From NCBI RefSeq assembly GCF_009914755.1, contig NC_060940.1: DNA of 64,000 nucleotides, one strand, 5' to 3'. Each line of letters starts with the position of its first letter. Position 1 is the stretch's first letter. The stretch comes from the human T2T-CHM13v2.0 reference genome, Homo sapiens. The notes beneath the pieces were generated by a model. That model did no database searches. It had not been told where the DNA came from and was given only the letters and a program-made list of their open reading frames with translations. Below are positions 59,165 to 64,000 of the stretch, one piece after another. The position numbers and the translations under genes were made by a program.

Positions 59165-61644
59165 GATGAATCCACTCGATTCCATTTGATGATTATTCCA
59201 TTGGAGTCCACTTAGTGAATCCTTTAGATTCTACCTAAGATGATTCCATTCGAGTCCATTCAATGATACCATTCAATTTCATTCGTTGATGCTTCCATTC
59301 AAGTGCATTCGATGATATCATTCGATTCCATTTGATGATAATTCCATTTGATTCCATGCGATGATTCTATTCGATTCCATTCAATGATAATTCCATTCAA
59401 TTCAGTGATTCCTCTGAACTCCATTTGATGATGATTCCATTCAATGATTCCATTCGATTCTATTCCAAAATGATTCCATTTGAATCCATTTGATGATGAT
59501 TCCATTAGATTCCATTTGATGATTCCATTCGATTCCATTTGACGATGATTCCATTCGATTCCATTTGATGATTCCATTCTATTCTATTCGATGATGATTC
59601 CATTCGATTCCATTTGATGATGATTGGATTCGATTCCATTTGATGATTTCATTTGATTCCATTCGTTAATGATTTCGATCAACTCCATTCGATGATTCAA
59701 TTTGATTCCATTCGATAATGATTACATCCGAGTCCATTCGATGATTCCATTTGAGCCCGTTCGATAATTCCATTTGAGTCCAATCAATGATTCCATTCAT
59801 TTCCATTCAATGATTCCATTCGAGTCCATTTGATCATTCTGGTAGGGTCCGTTCGATGTTGATTCCATTGGAGTGCATTCGATGATTCCATTCGAGTCCA
59901 TTTTATGATTTGATTCGAGTCCTTTCGATGATTCCATTCGATTCCACTCGATGATGATTTCATTCGAGTCCATTCGACACTTCCAATCGATTCCATTTGA
60001 TGTTTCCATTCGAGTCCAATTGATGATTCCATTCAATTCCATTCGATGATGATTCCGTACGATTCCATTCTGTGATGATTCCATGTGATTGCATTCAATG
60101 ATGATTCCTTTCGATTGCATTCGATTATGATTCATTTCGTGTTCATTCTATGGTTCCACAGGTTTCCATTCGATGACGTTTCCGTTCGTGTCCATTCCAT
60201 TATTCCATTCTATTTCATTTGATGATGATTCCATTCGATTCCATTCATTGGTGATTCCACTCAATTCCATTCAATGATTCCATTCCATTTCTTTCAACAA
60301 TGATTCCATTAGTTTCTATTCGATGATCCACTTGATTCCATTTGGCGATGATTCCATTCGTGTCCATTCGATGATTCCATTTGATTCCATATGATGATGA
60401 TTCCATTCGATTCCATACCATGATGATTCCATTCGAGTCCATTCAATGGTGATTCCATTCAATTCCATTCGATGATTCCTTCCGATTCCATTCGATGATG
60501 ATGGCATTCGATTCCTTTCAATCATTCCCTTTGATTCCATTCAAAGGTGATTTCATTCAAGTCCATTCGATAATTGCATTCGATTCCATTCTATGATGAT
60601 TCCATTCGAGTCCATTTGATGATTCCATTCAATTCAAGTCAATGATGATTCCATTCGATTCCACTCGATGATTCCATTGGATTCCATTCGATGATGATTC
60701 CATTCAAATCCATTCGATAATTCAATTCAAGTCCATTCGATGATGATTCCAATCGAATCCATTCAAAGATTCCATTCAATTCCATTCGATGATGATTCCC
60801 TTAGATTCCATTCGATGATTCCACTTGATTCCATTTACGATGATTCCATTCGATTCCATGTGATGAATCCATTCAATTCTATTCAATGATGTTTCCATTT
60901 GATTCCATTGGACCATGATTGCCTTTGATTCCATTCAATGATTCCATTCGGTTCCATTTGATGATGATTCCGTTCGATTCCATTTGATGATTCCATTTGA
61001 TTCCATTGGATGAGTCCATTCGATTACATTCGATGATTATTCCATTCGAGTGCATTAGATGATTGCATTCGAGTCCATTCGATGATTCCATTCGATTCCA
61101 TTCGATGTTGATTCTGTTCAAATCCATTCGATGATTCCACTCGATTCCATTCGATGACTCCATTTGATCCCATTCGATGATTTCCTGTGATTCCCTTTGA
61201 TGATCATTCTATTTGATTCAATTCGGTGATTTCATTTCATTCCATTCAGTGATGTTTCCATTCGACTGTATTCGATGATGATTCCATTCGACTCCATTCG
61301 ATTATGATTTCATTCAATTCCATTCAATAATGATTCCCTTCGAGTCCATTCGATGATTCCATTCGATTCCATTCAACGATGATTTGATTCGTTTCCATTC
61401 GATGATTCCATTTGATTCCACTTGATGATGATTCCATTCGAGTCTATTTATGTATTATATTCGTGTCCACTTCATGATTCCATTCAATTCCATTTAATGT
61501 TGATTCCATTTGATTCCATTTGATGATTCAGTTCGATTCCTTGCAATGATTCCCTACGATTCCTTTCTCTGATGATTCCATTAGATTCCATTCATTGATG
61601 ATTTCATTCGACTCCATTCGATGATGATTCCTTTCGATTCCATT
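59165..61644 (+). repeat. Block C followed by a ~200 bp stub of A (collapsed C+A unit)
   Basis: A markers at 61440-61640, then an abrupt switch to the C string GATGATGATTGGATTCG. Marker spacing is only 2014 bp. Confidence 0.88.
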
Positions 61645-64000
61645 CGATGATGATTGGATTCGATTCCATTTGATTCCATTCGATAATGATTTCGATCAAT
61701 TCCATTCGATGATTCCATTCGATTCCATTCGATAATGATTACATCCGAGTCCATTCGATGATTCCATTTGAGCCCGTTCGATAATTCCATTTGAGTCCAA
61801 TCAATGATTCCATTCATTTCCATTCAATGATTCCATTCGAGTCCATTTGATCATTCCGGTAGGGTCCGTTCGATGTTGATTCCATTGGAGTGCATTCGAT
61901 GATTCCATTCGAGTCCATTTTAGGATTTGATTCGAGTCCTTTCGATGATTCCATTCGATTCCACTCGATGATTTCATTCGAGTCCATTCGACACTTCCAA
62001 TCGATTCCATTTGATGTTTCCATTCGATTCCAATTGATGATTCCATTCAATTCCATTCGATGATGATTCCGTACGATTCCATTCTGTGATGATTCCATGT
62101 GATTGTAATCAATGATGATTCCTTTCGATTGCATTCGATTATGATTCATTTCGTGTTCATTCTATGGTTCCACAGGTTTCCATTCGATGATGTTTCCATT
62201 CGTTTCCATTCCATTATTAGATTCTATTCCATTTGAAGATGATTCCATTCGATTCCATTCATTGGTGATTCCACTCAATTCCATTCAATGATTCCATTCC
62301 ATTTCTTTCAACAATGATTCCATTAGTTTCTAATCGATGATCCACTTGATTCCATTTGACGATGATTCCATTCGTGTCTTTTCGATGATTCCATTTGATT
62401 CCATATGATGATGATTCCATTCGATTCCATACGATGATGATTCCATTCGAGTCCATTCAATGGTGATTCCATTCAATTCCATTCGATGATTCCTTTCGAT
62501 TCCATTCAATGATGATGGCATTCGATTCCTTTCGATCATTCCCTTTGATTCCATTCAAATGTGATTTCATTCAAGTCCATTCGATAATTGCATTCGATTC
62601 CATTCTATGATGATTCCATTCGAGTCCATTTGATGATTCCATTCAATTCAAGTCAATGATGATTCCATTCGATTCCACTCGATGATTCCATTGGATTCCA
62701 TTCGATGATGATTCCATTCAAATCCATTCGATAATTCAATTCAAGTCCATTCGATGATGATTCCAATCGAATCCATTCAAAGATTCCACTCAATTCCATT
62801 CGATGATGATTCCCTTAGATTCCATTCGATGATTCCACTTGATTCCATTTACGATGATTCCATTCGATTCCATGTGATGATTCCATTCAATTCTATTCAA
62901 TGATGTTTCCACTTGATTCCATTCGAACATGATTGCCTTTGATTCCATTCAATGATTCCATACGGTTCCATTTGATGATGATTCCATTCGAGTGCATTAG
63001 ATGATTCCATTCGAGTCCATTCGATGATTCCATTCGATTCCATTCGATGTTGATTCTGTTCAAATCCATTCGATGATTCCACTCGATTCCATTCGATGAC
63101 TCCATTTGATCCCATTCGATGATTTCCTTTGATTCCCTTTGATGATCATTCCATTTGATTCAATTCGGTGATTTCATTTGATTCCATTCAGTGATGTTTC
63201 CATTCAACTCCTTTCGATGATGATTCCATTCGACTCCATTCGATTATGATTTCATTCAATTCCATTCGATAATGATTCCCTTCAAGTCCATTCGATGATT
63301 CCATTCGATTCCATTCAACGATGATTTGATTCGTGTCCATTCGATGATTCCATTTGATTCCATTTGATGATGATTCCATTCGAGTCCCTTTCATGATTCC
63401 ATTCAATTCCATTCTCCGATGATTTCTTTTGAGCCCATTCAATGCTTCCACTCGATTCCATATGATGATGACTCCATTTGATGAAATTCCATGATGATTC
63501 CATTCGCTTGCATTCGATGATGATTCCACTTGAGTCCGTTAGAAGATTCTATTCAATTACATTCCATGACGATTCTGTTCGAGTCCATTTGATGATTCCA
63601 TTAGACTCCATTCGACGATGATTCCATTCGATGTTATTCGATGATGATTCCATTCAACTCCATTCGATGTTTCCATTCGAGTTCATTCTATTATTCCATT
63701 CGATTCCATTCGATGATGATTCCATTCGATTCCATTTGATGATTGCATTCTATTTCATTTGATGATGATTCCATTCGAGTCCATTCGATGATTCCATTCG
63801 AGTCCATTTAATGAATCCATTGGTTTCAATTCTATGATGATTACATTGGATTCCATACGTTGATGACTTCATTCGATTCCATTCAAAGATGATTCCATTC
63901 AATTCCATTCAATGATTCCATTCAATTCCATACGATGATGATTCCATTTGATTTGATTCGACAGTGAGCCATTCGATTCAATTCCATGATGATTCTATTT
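61645..64000 (+). repeat. 5'-truncated C (72 bp deletion type) and start of B, cut by the window end
   Basis: ORFs colinear with 2631-4359 at a constant offset of 59170. Confidence 0.88.

Larger units (their letters stand above)
1..64000 (+). repeat. Human satellite 2 (HSat2/HSATII) tandem array, probably subfamily HSat2B (pericentromeric heterochromatin)
   Basis: Continuous CATTC-derived repeats with the CATTCGATTC and CATTCGATGATGATTC motifs and abundant TCGA, typical of HSat2 rather than the near-pure (CATTC)n of HSat3. Same strand polarity throughout. The subfamily call rests on the 6112 bp base unit and is less certain than the family call. Confidence 0.97.

Noticed and set aside
268-63529. 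Over 150 ORFs of 60-132 aa rich in MESNGIIEWN, almost all on the minus strand
   Set aside because: They are translations of the GAATG satellite strand, which has many ATGs and few stops, while the + strand is full of TGA. They have no domain-like content, overlap in several frames and are broken freely by indels. They are useful only as positional markers.
1-64000. CRISPR-like or other repeat-spacer array
   Set aside because: There are no unique spacers between constant repeats and no cas-like genes; all sequence derives from the CATTC monomer.
1-64000. HSat3, alpha satellite or chr1-type 1.77 kb HSat2A assignment
   Set aside because: Long pure CATTC runs are lacking (about 3 copies at most), there is no 171 bp monomer, and markers recur at 4.13/6.11 kb rather than 1.77 kb.
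1-64000. Embedded transposon, inversion or unique-sequence island
   Set aside because: I saw no poly-A tail, Alu/L1 sequence or GAATG-oriented tract on the + strand while reading. A very short insertion could have been missed.

Overview
The whole 64 kb window is a single-orientation array of human (or great-ape) classical satellite 2 (HSat2/HSATII). It is made of diverged CATTCGATTC / CATTCGATGATTC / CATTCGATGATGATTC subunits (10/13/16 bp, forming 23- and 26-bp monomers), with CATTC always on the + strand. I found no genes, RNA genes, transposon insertions, inversions or CRISPR arrays, and all listed ORFs are artefacts of the GAATG-rich minus strand. The structure of interest is higher-order. 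The array is built from three kb-scale blocks: a shared block C (~2.3 kb) followed by either block A (~1.83 kb, giving a 4.13 kb unit) or block B (~3.83 kb, giving a 6112 bp base unit). The ~6.1 kb unit is the size described for the chromosome 16 HSat2B array, so that location is likely but inferred. A marker present once per C block recurs at spacings of 5856, 8046, 4130, 4130, 4126, 7155, 5542, 6025, 6040, 6106 and 2014 bp; most departures from 6112/4130 trace to specific duplications, deletions or chimeric junctions. Private variants show that units are ordered in a recurring A-run > first B > last B > A-run pattern, a third-order repeat of about 17-18 kb. Each B block carries one exact DUX4 consensus motif. 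I see no evidence of a novel coding system; the candidate novelty is the layered repeat architecture. All comparisons were made by eye and block boundaries are approximate.
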